The notes below the pieces were generated by a model. It had not been told where the DNA came from, did not search any database, and worked only from the letters and a program-made list of their open reading frames with translations. A program made the position numbers and the translations under genes. Positions 28,376 to 38,083 of a DNA stretch of 64,000 nucleotides are shown here, one piece after another (the first letter of the stretch is position 1; each line of letters begins with the position of its first letter). This DNA is from a phage: the NCBI GenBank assembly GCA_033286805.1, contig GCA_033286805.1_4727.1. One strand, given 5' to 3'.

Positions 28376-30529
28376 TTATAACGTTTCGAAGTCGGTTGCT
28401 TTGATAACCGCGTTGAAGTTGGCAAGGAATTCCTTAAGCAATGCTTGGAAGACATCACGGAACGCTGTGTTCGTCTGCAAGCTGGTTAAATAATCGTTCT
28501 TAAGGTAATCGCTCAGCTTACCGATCTTCTGCATCTTCTCGCCGTCTTGGTTCTCTCCAGGTTCTTGGCTGTTGATGTTAACCCATTTGATCCCTTCGAG
28601 ATCACCATCGGCAAGGAAGTTGGCGGGTGTCTCATCGTCGTTCAGGATTTTAATCGTATCACTGGATTCAATGCCACCGTAAGCTTCCAGAAGCTGGTTG
28701 ACTGTTAGCGTGTTGGTGTTGATTGAACCATTGACACCATCAATACCGATGCCTGCACCTGTGATGGATGTCGCCGAAAGATCGATCGGTCCGGTTAACT
28801 TACCACCGTTGATCGGTAACGCACCAACTTGCTCGGCGGTGTGTGTATGGTTAGCTAACGCCGCAAACGCCACGATAGACTTATACGTCGAATACGGCGT
28901 CATATACGCTGATTGGTTGGTGTTGTCAGCCGCTTCAGTATCGGTAGCGACATTAAAGTTCTGCACGTTGCTGAGACCGACCTGCGCCTTCGTTACTTCA
29001 TGCGGATTGCTCTTATTGACAACGTGTGCTGCAAAACCATCACCAGCTAAAGCAGTGATTGCCGCTTTTGTCGCAGCCGGTGTCATATAGCGGTTGGTTG
29101 CTTCACCCGTTTGCGCCTCTTCGTCGGAAGCAACAGGATAGTTCTCAACGCTCCCCAAACCAACCTGAGATTTTGTTACTTGGTGTGGGTTTTCGGTATT
29201 CGCGATGTGACTACTGAACCCTTGACCAGCCAGTTGCTCGATTGCGTAACGAACAAGTATTGGCGTCATGTACTTGTTGTTAACTTGACCATCGATAGCT
29301 TCTTGGGTGGTGGCAACCCCGAAGTTTTGCACGCTCCCCAACCCAACCTGCGCTTTCGTAACAGCGTGGGGGTTATTGGTGTTACCGATGTGATCGGTAA
29401 CCGTTGGGGTGATTAATCCTGCGATAGCGGCTGCCGTGGTCGCAGGGGTCATGTATTTATCGTTAGCAACACCCGCAGCAGCTTCTACGTTAGATGCTAC
29501 ACCGTAGTTCAATACATTTCCTAACCCAACTTGAGCTTTGGTTACCCCGTGGGGGTTGTTCTTGTCTCCGGTATGGGTTGTCAACGTAGCGTTAACGTTA
29601 TCGATACGCGTGCTTAAGCCATCGGTGATTGCTTTGATTGCGGCTCGTACACCCACTGGTGTCGTGTACAGATTGGTGGCCGTACCGGTAATGGTTGCAT
29701 TACTATCGGCTGTACCGTAGTTCTCAACGTTTCCGAGTCCCACCTGGGCTTTCGTTACCTTGTGTGGGTTGTTATAGTTGCTGATGTGTGCAGCAGCACT
29801 ATCACCACTCAGGTTAGCGATCATCTTACGCGTCATCGCCAACGTCATGTACAGATTTTCACCGATGGTTTCCAGATCGCTCTCGGTCGCCGTTGTGAAG
29901 TTCTGAACATTCCCCAATCCAACTTGAGCCTTGGTTACCCCATGGGGGTTATCGCGACGATTCTCGTGCTGCAGCAATGCGGTCATTGCTTTATTGAACC
30001 CTTCTTCAAGCGGTTCTTTCAATGATTCGATTGCGGCCACCACATCGTCCCACGTCATTGTGTCGGTTTCGACATTATGTTGGTGGTTGATTGGTGGGAA
30101 TACGGAAGGAACGTCGGCAACCTTTTCCCAGAACGTAACGCGGGGATCGTAAAGGTTGTTGGCTAAAACGTTAAGAATTTGTTGTTGATCAAGTGTAAAC
30201 TCACCCCCCAGTGAATAGTAGTTCAGTTGCAACTGTCCACTGAATGCGGTGTCCAACAGCATGATGGAACCGTATAATTCCAGGCCGGTCAGCGCAGCCA
30301 TGGCACGGAAGGGGTGAGTGCATAAAAAGTCAACGCCTTCTTCCAGATACGCGTTTGTTTCAGGGTTGTAGATCTTTAACCCATTACGAAAATATGGCGC
30401 GTATTTAGGAACGAGAAAGTTAAATCCGGTCCCCGTGGAAGGACGGACAGTGACGAGTTCTTCTGGAACCCATGCGCCATCCAAATTCCCCTGCGGGTTA
30501 TACGGAAGGCGTTTAATTTCATCTGTCAT
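28376..30529 (-). CDS. tail fibre (717 aa) with six NPH-VTKAQVGLGNV repeats
   Basis: N-terminal domain paralogous to that of 22650-24698 (L.YP, GVD[YF], PP..H.H); six ~57-aa repeats; C-terminal ALPINGGKLTGP fibre-tip-like motif. Confidence 0.8.
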   Translation of the reverse strand: MTDEIKRLPYNPQGNLDGAWVPEELVTVRPSTGTGFNFLVPKYAPYFRNGLKIYNPETNAYLEEGVDFLCTHPFRAMAALTGLELYGSIMLLDTAFSGQLQLNYYSLGGEFTLDQQQILNVLANNLYDPRVTFWEKVADVPSVFPPINHQHNVETDTMTWDDVVAAIESLKEPLEEGFNKAMTALLQHENRRDNPHGVTKAQVGLGNVQNFTTATESDLETIGENLYMTLAMTRKMIANLSGDSAAAHISNYNNPHKVTKAQVGLGNVENYGTADSNATITGTATNLYTTPVGVRAAIKAITDGLSTRIDNVNATLTTHTGDKNNPHGVTKAQVGLGNVLNYGVASNVEAAAGVANDKYMTPATTAAAIAGLITPTVTDHIGNTNNPHAVTKAQVGLGSVQNFGVATTQEAIDGQVNNKYMTPILVRYAIEQLAGQGFSSHIANTENPHQVTKSQVGLGSVENYPVASDEEAQTGEATNRYMTPAATKAAITALAGDGFAAHVVNKSNPHEVTKAQVGLSNVQNFNVATDTEAADNTNQSAYMTPYSTYKSIVAFAALANHTHTAEQVGALPINGGKLTGPIDLSATSITGAGIGIDGVNGSINTNTLTVNQLLEAYGGIESSDTIKILNDDETPANFLADGDLEGIKWVNINSQEPGENQDGEKMQKIGKLSDYLKNDYLTSLQTNTAFRDVFQALLKEFLANFNAVIKATDFETL
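28834..29971 (-). repeat. coding tandem repeats (6 x ~57 aa, NPH-VTKAQVGLGNV core) in fibre gene
   Basis: Repeat units read from translation of 28376-30529. Confidence 0.8.
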
Positions 30530-30550
30530 GATGCGCCCTTTACAAGTTGT

Positions 30551-30580
30551 TAGTAAGTATGGGATACCCTGGGGTATCCT
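30551..30580 (-). promoter_or_regulatory. TAGTAA + GGATACC palindrome element, copy 2
   Basis: gtTAGTAAgtatGGGATACCctggGGTATCC; ~32 nt upstream of ATG of fibre gene 28376-30529(-). Confidence 0.45.
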
Positions 30581-30633
30581 GTGTTAACAGCGGTAAAATA
30601 TTACTGTAACTATAAAATAAGGGGGCCTCTCCC

Positions 30634-31914
30634 ATGTATACATTGGTAAAAACTTACGGATTACCCGTAGGTTCTGGCACGGCCTGGACAGCGCTTGAGG
30701 CGGGTGAAAGTGTCCTGAGTACGTTGTTCTCAACGTATCAAAAACTCAAGATCCAGGTCCATGAAAGCTATGCTGACCAGCAACAAGTTATTGATCTGTA
30801 CGCGTTCCAATCCGAGCTTCAAAACAGCAGTGATACGCTCAATGCGTGGCTGAAGGCGAAATCGGACGCACATACTAACCTCCGTGGACAGCCAGGCGAG
30901 CTGTCGATTAAAACCCACAAGCTTTATTGTCACGACGTTATTACAGTAGGCTTTCTCCCTAAAGTCGGTAATAGCGGCTATCATCCGAGCAACGCGATCC
31001 CTGAGTCGGAACGCACTGATATCCTGTTGACGAAAGCGAATACGAACTACGAAAATATCGGTAAGCATTGCTTGTTTACCGTAGGTGGTTATGTTCATCC
31101 TCACGTTTACGGTAAAGACGTCGGTGTCTATATCCAGGGCGGGTTCAAGACGGCACAGCGTAGCCAAGAAAACGATATCGGCATGATTGATTTTAGCCGT
31201 ATCGGGAGTTTGGAAATCCATGCCATCACAGAAGAGATGATTGCTGATTCCACGAAGCTCTTGCCGTATAAGGACGAGATGTACTTGCGGTTACCGCGCA
31301 AGGTCGCCGAAGATGAAACCGTCGCGCTGGTGTTCGGGGGATATTTACATCTTCTTGACGATTGTTACACGATCGTTAGTGACACGACAGCAAAAATAAA
31401 CTGCATTAACATGTTTCTTTATGAAAGATACTTCCGTTCCCGCAAATACCTTGATCTAACGTCTCTTGGTATTCTGTTGAACGAAGAAGACCCGCAGTCC
31501 GATATTGTTGCCAATCGTTTATTGTCCGATAAAGCATTAAAAGCGTGGGTGACGCATCCTTGCAGTTTCTGGGTGTATATCAAAGCAACATCGATTCAGG
31601 TTACGCAAGAACCTTTACCACGAAGTGGTGTACCAGGACAATATTTCTTAGGTAAGAAACCGGAAGGACTGATTCGAGCCGATCTTGGTGAGTTACCGGC
31701 TTACGTGCAGACCTATGAAAAACCGTTATGGGTACTTCACTCGCGCTGGGGACTTCGTAAGAACATGTTGTTTGAAAACACATTGTACAAGCACACCCGC
31801 GTTAAGCGGCTTAACGATACGCCTTATCTTCACCAGGTCTGGTTGGAAACGCACGCGACGTTGCAGACAGTACACAAGCTCGAATTGATCGATTCCAGTC
31901 AGAAAAACAAATAA
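30634..31914 (+). CDS. hypothetical protein (426 aa)
   Basis: ATG 30634 with AAGGGGG SD; plus-strand island between fibre cassette and paralog genes; ends before hairpin 31925-31956. Confidence 0.6.
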   Translation: MYTLVKTYGLPVGSGTAWTALEAGESVLSTLFSTYQKLKIQVHESYADQQQVIDLYAFQSELQNSSDTLNAWLKAKSDAHTNLRGQPGELSIKTHKLYCHDVITVGFLPKVGNSGYHPSNAIPESERTDILLTKANTNYENIGKHCLFTVGGYVHPHVYGKDVGVYIQGGFKTAQRSQENDIGMIDFSRIGSLEIHAITEEMIADSTKLLPYKDEMYLRLPRKVAEDETVALVFGGYLHLLDDCYTIVSDTTAKINCINMFLYERYFRSRKYLDLTSLGILLNEEDPQSDIVANRLLSDKALKAWVTHPCSFWVYIKATSIQVTQEPLPRSGVPGQYFLGKKPEGLIRADLGELPAYVQTYEKPLWVLHSRWGLRKNMLFENTLYKHTRVKRLNDTPYLHQVWLETHATLQTVHKLELIDSSQKNK

Positions 31915-31924
31915 CCAAACATAA

Positions 31925-31956
31925 CCCTCCTCCAACCCGTAAGGGAAGGAGGAGGG
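31925..31956. terminator. CCTCC/GGAGG palindromic hairpin (H7)
   Basis: ccctcctcc-aa-ccc-gtaa-ggg-aa-ggaggaggg then AATATGCTGTTA; convergent junction 30634-31914(+)/31966-32871(-). Confidence 0.75.
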
Positions 31957-31965
31957 AATATGCTG

Positions 31966-32871
31966 TTATGCTACATATAAGGTTAGATAACCATCGATGA
32001 GCGTATTCATCACACTGAGTTGGAGTACGACAGCTTTACTAACATCCGTACGTACACCAAACGGTAGTGTTTTGAATTGCTCTGGATCGGCTATTACTTG
32101 CGCATTCTGCAAGTTGAGCGGTCCAGGCATTGCTGACAATACCCAGCGATCGTTGACCATAAGGCCGTCGATCTCTTCAGAGAGGCCCAATTGCAGTGCG
32201 TTCATTTCTGCGATTAGTGCCTCCGATTGCGCATCACCTGAGGTTAACGTATACCCATCGGTAAGTGATGCCAGAACACCAGCAGATACGAACCAGTTGT
32301 ACGAAACAATAGCGCCTGGGAGTTTACTGCTATCTCGATCGATGATATAATTCAACCCAGCCAACATATTGTTGCGAACGAGGTTGTTGAGGTCATTACG
32401 TCCTGAGGTCAACTCAACAAGTAACTGACCAACCCATACTTGGTTACCGGGTTTAGGTGTTATCACAACCTGTATCGGTGACTTGGACTTATCCAGATCC
32501 GCGTCGACAATCTCGGTTTTGTTGAGAAGGATACCGTACGTCGATGCTAAGACAGGTAGGATCTCAGAGACCTTGGTTAATGCATCTAAGGTTTCGATCT
32601 CGATGGGCCAGTGGTGCTGTCCGCCAGACCAAGTACCCAGTTTACCAAGATCGATGCGGTTATAATAGATGTCGACAGAGTTCACCAACCCTGAACCCGG
32701 TTGGGGATGCACGGTTAACTTGCTGTTACGCTTGTACCCTGTGCTTTCAGAAGCCTCACCGATAACCAGTTTATCCAGCGTTACGCCTCGAGCATCGAAA
32801 TCGCTATGCTTTCGAATCAGCCGAAAGAGGATTTCTTTCGATTCTAACCCCAGGATTTCACTGTACTCCAT
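31966..32871 (-). CDS. virion protein, paralog family member C
   Basis: Blocks VDIYYNRIDLGKL ... STYGILL ... QVWVGQLLV shared with other family members. Confidence 0.65.
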   Translation of the reverse strand: MEYSEILGLESKEILFRLIRKHSDFDARGVTLDKLVIGEASESTGYKRNSKLTVHPQPGSGLVNSVDIYYNRIDLGKLGTWSGGQHHWPIEIETLDALTKVSEILPVLASTYGILLNKTEIVDADLDKSKSPIQVVITPKPGNQVWVGQLLVELTSGRNDLNNLVRNNMLAGLNYIIDRDSSKLPGAIVSYNWFVSAGVLASLTDGYTLTSGDAQSEALIAEMNALQLGLSEEIDGLMVNDRWVLSAMPGPLNLQNAQVIADPEQFKTLPFGVRTDVSKAVVLQLSVMNTLIDGYLTLYVA

Positions 32872-32886
32872 TTAACACCCCTTAGG

Positions 32887-33771
32887 TTACGGTAGGATTT
32901 CTGCGCCCGTCGGGCCTGCCTTACGAGCTTCCAACGCACCAAGGTCGTATTTCAGCGTCAGCGTATCGTTGGTGGTATAAAGGTTGTGGTAAGTCGAAAT
33001 CAGATCGGTAACCTGCGCGCCGACGATTTCGTTCATGTCGAAGGCCGAACCTTGACCATCATCGGCACGAACGATTTTATCGCCAGCAGAGACCATCCCA
33101 ATTTCAGAAATAACCGCGTACTCTTCACCACCTTCGGTGAGTTTAGCCACATTGAGATATTCGTTAATATCCCATGGCGTCCAAACCAAAGAGACTTTAC
33201 AGCTGTAGTCGTAGTACTCTCCGGTCGCTACCAGAATTCCGGTTGTTGGGATATCCGGTCGGGTGGGGTTGAGGTTAGCGTCGGTTGGGTGCCATTCGAT
33301 GGTCTGAGCGACGCCGTCGACGTATTTGGTATAACGCATGGAGCGGACAACGTTATCGAAATCGATGCGACGACCGTAATAACAGATATACTTTTTACCG
33401 CTTTCCAATGTCTCAATACGACGTAACCCAAATTTAGCGCGTTCGTCTGTGGTCAAATCGTTACCAACTTCACGCATCACGAACGGCTTGATCTTCCACG
33501 GTGAAAGATCGCTTGCTTCGTGAGCGATCGGCATCGAGGAAGGGATACCGTTAGCGTTGCGGATGAATTCATGACCTTGGTTGCCGATACAGAAGTAACG
33601 TACAGCAGGATTACCCTCGGGGTAAACCTTTGATTGAATCTGAAGCTTTTCATTCAAGGTGCTATGTTCTTCCCATGCGTGAGGAAGACCGAGCGTAAGG
33701 TTAGTTTGTACTTGACCGCCGATAATCGTACGGACGATACGATCGGTAGCACGGATTTGTGTAGAAGCCAT
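32887..33771 (-). CDS. hypothetical structural protein (294 aa)
   Basis: ORF embedded between paralog family genes. Confidence 0.6.
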   Translation of the reverse strand: MASTQIRATDRIVRTIIGGQVQTNLTLGLPHAWEEHSTLNEKLQIQSKVYPEGNPAVRYFCIGNQGHEFIRNANGIPSSMPIAHEASDLSPWKIKPFVMREVGNDLTTDERAKFGLRRIETLESGKKYICYYGRRIDFDNVVRSMRYTKYVDGVAQTIEWHPTDANLNPTRPDIPTTGILVATGEYYDYSCKVSLVWTPWDINEYLNVAKLTEGGEEYAVISEIGMVSAGDKIVRADDGQGSAFDMNEIVGAQVTDLISTYHNLYTTNDTLTLKYDLGALEARKAGPTGAEILP

Positions 33772-33787
33772 GTCTTTTCCTATTTAA

Positions 33788-34639
33788 TCAGTTATATTGC
33801 ATCAACAGGATACCGCCGTAGTTCGTGCAGTAATCTTGGCTAAGCGTAACGATAACAGCGTTAGCGAACGCAGGGTTAACAGGATAACCCTGTGCGATAA
33901 GTTCTGTTGTTTTACCGGTTGCAAGCACGGTGGCTCCGTAAAGGTTGTTTTCGTCTTCACGGCCGTTATAAACCCATGGGGTTGGCGCAACGTTGTTGAA
34001 TAAGCTAACCAATGCGCTTAAATTACCACCAACTTTTAACCCGGCGAGATCGGAACGGATAGCTGTACAGTCTATAGCGTAACTGTAGACCAATGCCTGG
34101 ATACGATTTGCGGTGTAGTACGGGAAATTGAGACCGGTCATCACCGAAGTCTTCATCATCCCCGCAATATCGTGGGCACTATCGAGGAGATAGAACGTAA
34201 CACTTCCCGTCCAAGCCAATCCGGTTGTTTTCAACTCTACGGTGTGAGGGAACGGATATTCATCACCTCGTACAATTGGAGAATCGACGCAGCTATCCTG
34301 ATCGATAACGATTCCGTACGTTGATTGAATCAGAGGGATAAGATCATGCGTTGTTTTAACCCCAGCATCGATAGCAAGCTTCGGTTCCATTCCCAAGAAG
34401 AAGTCTTGAATAGGGATACGATCGTACCACACGTAGCTGCTTTCACGGTATTGTGCTGGCGTTACTGTTGCCGAAGGCGATACTTTCGCGCGCGTGTTCC
34501 GTTTATACGCGTGGTTTCCGTTTTCAGCAACATCCGTGATATCAAGTGCATCGAAGTTAAAGTCGAAGTCTGGATTGGCTGCCTGAATAAGTTCAGCGAC
34601 CAGTACTTTAGGACTTTTGTTTAACAATTTCTGACTCAT
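33788..34639 (-). CDS. virion protein, paralog family member D
   Basis: Blocks SYVWYDRIPIQDF ... STYGIVI ... LAWTGSVTF. Confidence 0.65.
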   Translation of the reverse strand: MSQKLLNKSPKVLVAELIQAANPDFDFNFDALDITDVAENGNHAYKRNTRAKVSPSATVTPAQYRESSYVWYDRIPIQDFFLGMEPKLAIDAGVKTTHDLIPLIQSTYGIVIDQDSCVDSPIVRGDEYPFPHTVELKTTGLAWTGSVTFYLLDSAHDIAGMMKTSVMTGLNFPYYTANRIQALVYSYAIDCTAIRSDLAGLKVGGNLSALVSLFNNVAPTPWVYNGREDENNLYGATVLATGKTTELIAQGYPVNPAFANAVIVTLSQDYCTNYGGILLMQYN

Positions 34640-34649
34640 TGTTTATTCC

Positions 34650-35585
34650 TTAGCCTTGTTCTTCTGGAGAACGACCCTGGAGGCTTGCGGTATGTCCGTC
34701 GACGTTGTAATAGAAAATCAATGGACCGCCGACGGCAGTACAGTAGTTTTCATCCAGACCGATCTCGATACCGTATTGGTAACCCGCTCGTGCTGGAATA
34801 CGTCCGCCTAACTCGCCGTTGAAAGCCACTTTAGCATTATACAGGTTATACGGTGCGGCGTTGTCGTCTAATACCCAACGATCGGTAGTCATTTCAGCCA
34901 GAAGATCGGCAACCACCACATCGCTAATAACGGTACCTGTTACCAGCGAAGCCAGCAGTTCACCGTAATCAGAAGTATCACGACTGTAACTGTAAATCTC
35001 GCCGCTAGCGCGTACGCCTTGACCGAAGAACTTAAGGCCGTCCAGCTCCTTGATCGCGATAATATCGTCAAGATTCGGCACACGCGATTTCATCAAGATA
35101 CGAACGCTCCCCGTCCAAGCCAGGCAGTTAGATGCGACACGAAGCAATTGTCCGTTAACGGTATCCCAGTTAAGTTCGTCGTTGACGATTTCTTCCGCGG
35201 TAAGACCAAGACCGAAACGTTCTTTGATGATAGGCCAGATATCACGCATCTTGGCGGCGTCTGGCGCATCGATAAGAATAGGAGCTACGTTACGCAGATA
35301 CGCACCGATGTTAATACGATCGTAATACAGTGTCGTCGAACCTTCGTAATCGTCTAACTCAGTAAGCTTAGCGGTTGCTGTCGCCGTAATCTGGGTGTCG
35401 CGCTCATAGGCGCTTTGGTTGGTGGTTGGTGTTCCTAAAACCAATAATTCAGGGGTTAGGATATGCTCTCCGTTCTGAGGTGGGTTATCGTGGTTGATAA
35501 GACCATACACGAGATCGGATGAGGGTAAAGAGACGTCGACCGGGTAAAGTTCGGTGTCGTCAATAGTTGTTACCGTATCACTCAC
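34650..35585 (-). CDS. virion protein, paralog family member E
   Basis: Blocks TLYYDRINIGAYL ... ERFGLGL ... LAWTGSVRI. Confidence 0.65.
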   Translation of the reverse strand: MSDTVTTIDDTELYPVDVSLPSSDLVYGLINHDNPPQNGEHILTPELLVLGTPTTNQSAYERDTQITATATAKLTELDDYEGSTTLYYDRINIGAYLRNVAPILIDAPDAAKMRDIWPIIKERFGLGLTAEEIVNDELNWDTVNGQLLRVASNCLAWTGSVRILMKSRVPNLDDIIAIKELDGLKFFGQGVRASGEIYSYSRDTSDYGELLASLVTGTVISDVVVADLLAEMTTDRWVLDDNAAPYNLYNAKVAFNGELGGRIPARAGYQYGIEIGLDENYCTAVGGPLIFYYNVDGHTASLQGRSPEEQG

Positions 35586-35644
35586 GGTGACCTCCTCGCC
35601 AGGAATTAGATAAAAAAGACTTTACGATTTGCTGCGCTATCACG

Positions 35645-38056
35645 TTAAACGTCCTCGATAGGCAAAGGTTTAACAATCAAACGATTGAGCGGATTCGATA
35701 GACGCATACTGATAGGCTTATACGCAACATGATTCGTCTCACTTAGAGCCACTGATCTGAAACGACCGTTCAACTGTTTGTAAATCGGTTCTATCCAGAG
35801 ACCTCGAAGATCGCGTTTACGGAAACGCTGTTCGAACGGTTTGATGGGGTTCGCGGTCAACCCACGCAACGATTCTGACAGCAGACGCTCACTAAGGTCG
35901 CGTGGTGCCCGACCTGGGAACGGTGCAAGCCACAAACCATCGAGCGGATTTTTACGGAAACGCAACGAGACAGGATCGCTAATGACTTGTGCCCAATATT
36001 GCGTACTGAATCGAACGGTTTGGGTGTTCTCGTAACCACTACAATCACACCAGGTTGGTTTCGGAGGCGCTTCCAAACTTTCAACCGCTGATTCACGCCA
36101 GTTCGTCATCGGGTTGTTATCATGCACGAATTTGATAACTTCCGTAGCCTGGTTATCCGTATCATGAACGTTTGCCTGTGCCCAGTCTTCCCACAGTTCT
36201 TCACGACCACTTACTAAACTCGAACCGAGACGAACGGCAATTTTGTTTAGTGGTTTGATTGGATCGCTGTTGATTGTCTGGATAAAATGGATGGTGTAAC
36301 TGCTCAATGTCTTAAGCAGCTGCAGCATTCCGTATTGAATATCCTTAAGACTGGTGACATCTTCCAAATCTTGGCCGGTGGCCTTTGTGAAGATATCGAG
36401 AGCCAGAATTCCCGCCTCTTCTTGACTGATTGCGTCAAGCTCCCAATCCATCGATAAGAACCATTCCTTGTAAAGCTGCCCAATACCGAAGTCGACGCCA
36501 ACATCCATGTAAAAGTTTTCAACGATGGCTTCAGCCATACCTCGAGCTTGATAATGCTCTTGGAGCTGGTACATGAACTGATGACGACGCCAGCCTTGGT
36601 AAATCTCGGTAACGGCGGTCAGAAACTCTTCAGTGCTGACGACCGGACGCAATGTTACTTGCTTATCCAAACACCACCAGATCAGTTTATCGGGAATGAT
36701 AGCAGGATCGGTAATGCTGCGGAGATGGTCGAATGTCGGTAGCGTTAACACCCTGACGTGGTTAGCATGGATCTTAGGTACTTCAATCAGCGTCATGCCC
36801 ATCGAATAGTTCAGCAAATACAAGAACAGCTTGTATGCATCTTTCATCGACATCGTCATGGTATCACCCGTCACCGGGTTGGTTGTCGTTAACCGTGACT
36901 GATACATGCCTATTGCGCTAAGATGAATCCATTCATTCAGCAGGAAATCATACTTAGGATACAGTTCACTGTCTGTAAGGTCTTCGGCTTCACTTTCCAA
37001 CACCTTGGTCGTTAAGGTATTGTTGTCATGCATCGACATCTTCTCTATCGTACGGTTAAGCTCGGTATAATACTCCGCTTCGTTATCCCGCGCTAGAGGG
37101 AACTGTTGCTGCATCACGGTGGTGACCTTACGTCTTACCGTGCCATTACCGACGATCTCTTGAAGGTTAAGCGGTTTACGCTCCATGTAAACAGCAGGTT
37201 TTAACGTCTGGGGTATCTCGGAAGCGTCTTGTTTGATCGAGAACGCACCGATTGGAATCCCACGATCGGTTAATACCTTTTGAATGAGCTTATCGTAGTT
37301 TTCCGTTCTGCCCATGTTTCTTTCAACGTAAGCGATGTTACGATAGAACCAGAGCATTTGGGATTCGGTCATGTATCGCTTGAATCGATCGAGACCTTGA
37401 TGGCTTGCCAGATAACTCCAGATATGGAAGCTATGGGCATAATGGGTATGACAGTTTTCCCAACGAATACCTTTTATCATCTCAGGTATTTGTGTGAATA
37501 GGATGGCGTATAGCGCAGGCCAATGAAGCATATCGACGCTCTCGTATGCTGGATGTTCCCAGCGTCTGAAGTAATCGTCGATTTCTTGCTGTAAACGCGG
37601 AATAAGATTGGCCTCGCGTGACTCAACCTCTTGTGTATCGTACCAGAGAATCTCATGATTGCGTGCCGCAATTGCTTTCTCGATATCGATGGGGTTAAGG
37701 ATACCCAAGATCAACATACGTTGTTCCGGGTACCGCGTAATTAAACGATTGAAATAATCTCCACCATACGCGTATTCCCTTGCCGTCATGCGATGCCGTA
37801 ACATGTTTTCCTTGGTGAACTCGATCTCTTCGAGCGTATCCAGGGAATTTACGGTCATCATTGTCTGACAAGGATGATACTCGCCAGCGAGATTCATGTA
37901 GTATAACCACGTGCGTGGGTCGTCCCCGACGGCCATCTGGTAGACTTCGGAAACCTTGAGGTTTAACCGTTCTGCCGTGATGTCGCTTTTAATAATCAGG
38001 GTGTCCGTTAGACGCTGCACGCTTTCCGAATAAAGCTGATAGTCAGTGTTGGACAC
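35645..38056 (-). CDS. large hypothetical protein (~803 aa)
   Basis: Start set at GTG 38056 preceded by GGAGG at 7 nt (track start 38125 is TTG and would overlap the divergent gene). Confidence 0.6.
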   Translation of the reverse strand: MSNTDYQLYSESVQRLTDTLIIKSDITAERLNLKVSEVYQMAVGDDPRTWLYYMNLAGEYHPCQTMMTVNSLDTLEEIEFTKENMLRHRMTAREYAYGGDYFNRLITRYPEQRMLILGILNPIDIEKAIAARNHEILWYDTQEVESREANLIPRLQQEIDDYFRRWEHPAYESVDMLHWPALYAILFTQIPEMIKGIRWENCHTHYAHSFHIWSYLASHQGLDRFKRYMTESQMLWFYRNIAYVERNMGRTENYDKLIQKVLTDRGIPIGAFSIKQDASEIPQTLKPAVYMERKPLNLQEIVGNGTVRRKVTTVMQQQFPLARDNEAEYYTELNRTIEKMSMHDNNTLTTKVLESEAEDLTDSELYPKYDFLLNEWIHLSAIGMYQSRLTTTNPVTGDTMTMSMKDAYKLFLYLLNYSMGMTLIEVPKIHANHVRVLTLPTFDHLRSITDPAIIPDKLIWWCLDKQVTLRPVVSTEEFLTAVTEIYQGWRRHQFMYQLQEHYQARGMAEAIVENFYMDVGVDFGIGQLYKEWFLSMDWELDAISQEEAGILALDIFTKATGQDLEDVTSLKDIQYGMLQLLKTLSSYTIHFIQTINSDPIKPLNKIAVRLGSSLVSGREELWEDWAQANVHDTDNQATEVIKFVHDNNPMTNWRESAVESLEAPPKPTWCDCSGYENTQTVRFSTQYWAQVISDPVSLRFRKNPLDGLWLAPFPGRAPRDLSERLLSESLRGLTANPIKPFEQRFRKRDLRGLWIEPIYKQLNGRFRSVALSETNHVAYKPISMRLSNPLNRLIVKPLPIEDV

Positions 38057-38083
38057 GATCGGTCCTCCAAGGAGCCAGTGTAA

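Noticed and set aside
22650-30529. Repeats in the fibre genes as a possible CRISPR array
   Set aside because: Repeats are in-frame coding units of ~171 bp without unique spacers; no repeat-spacer array found anywhere in the window.
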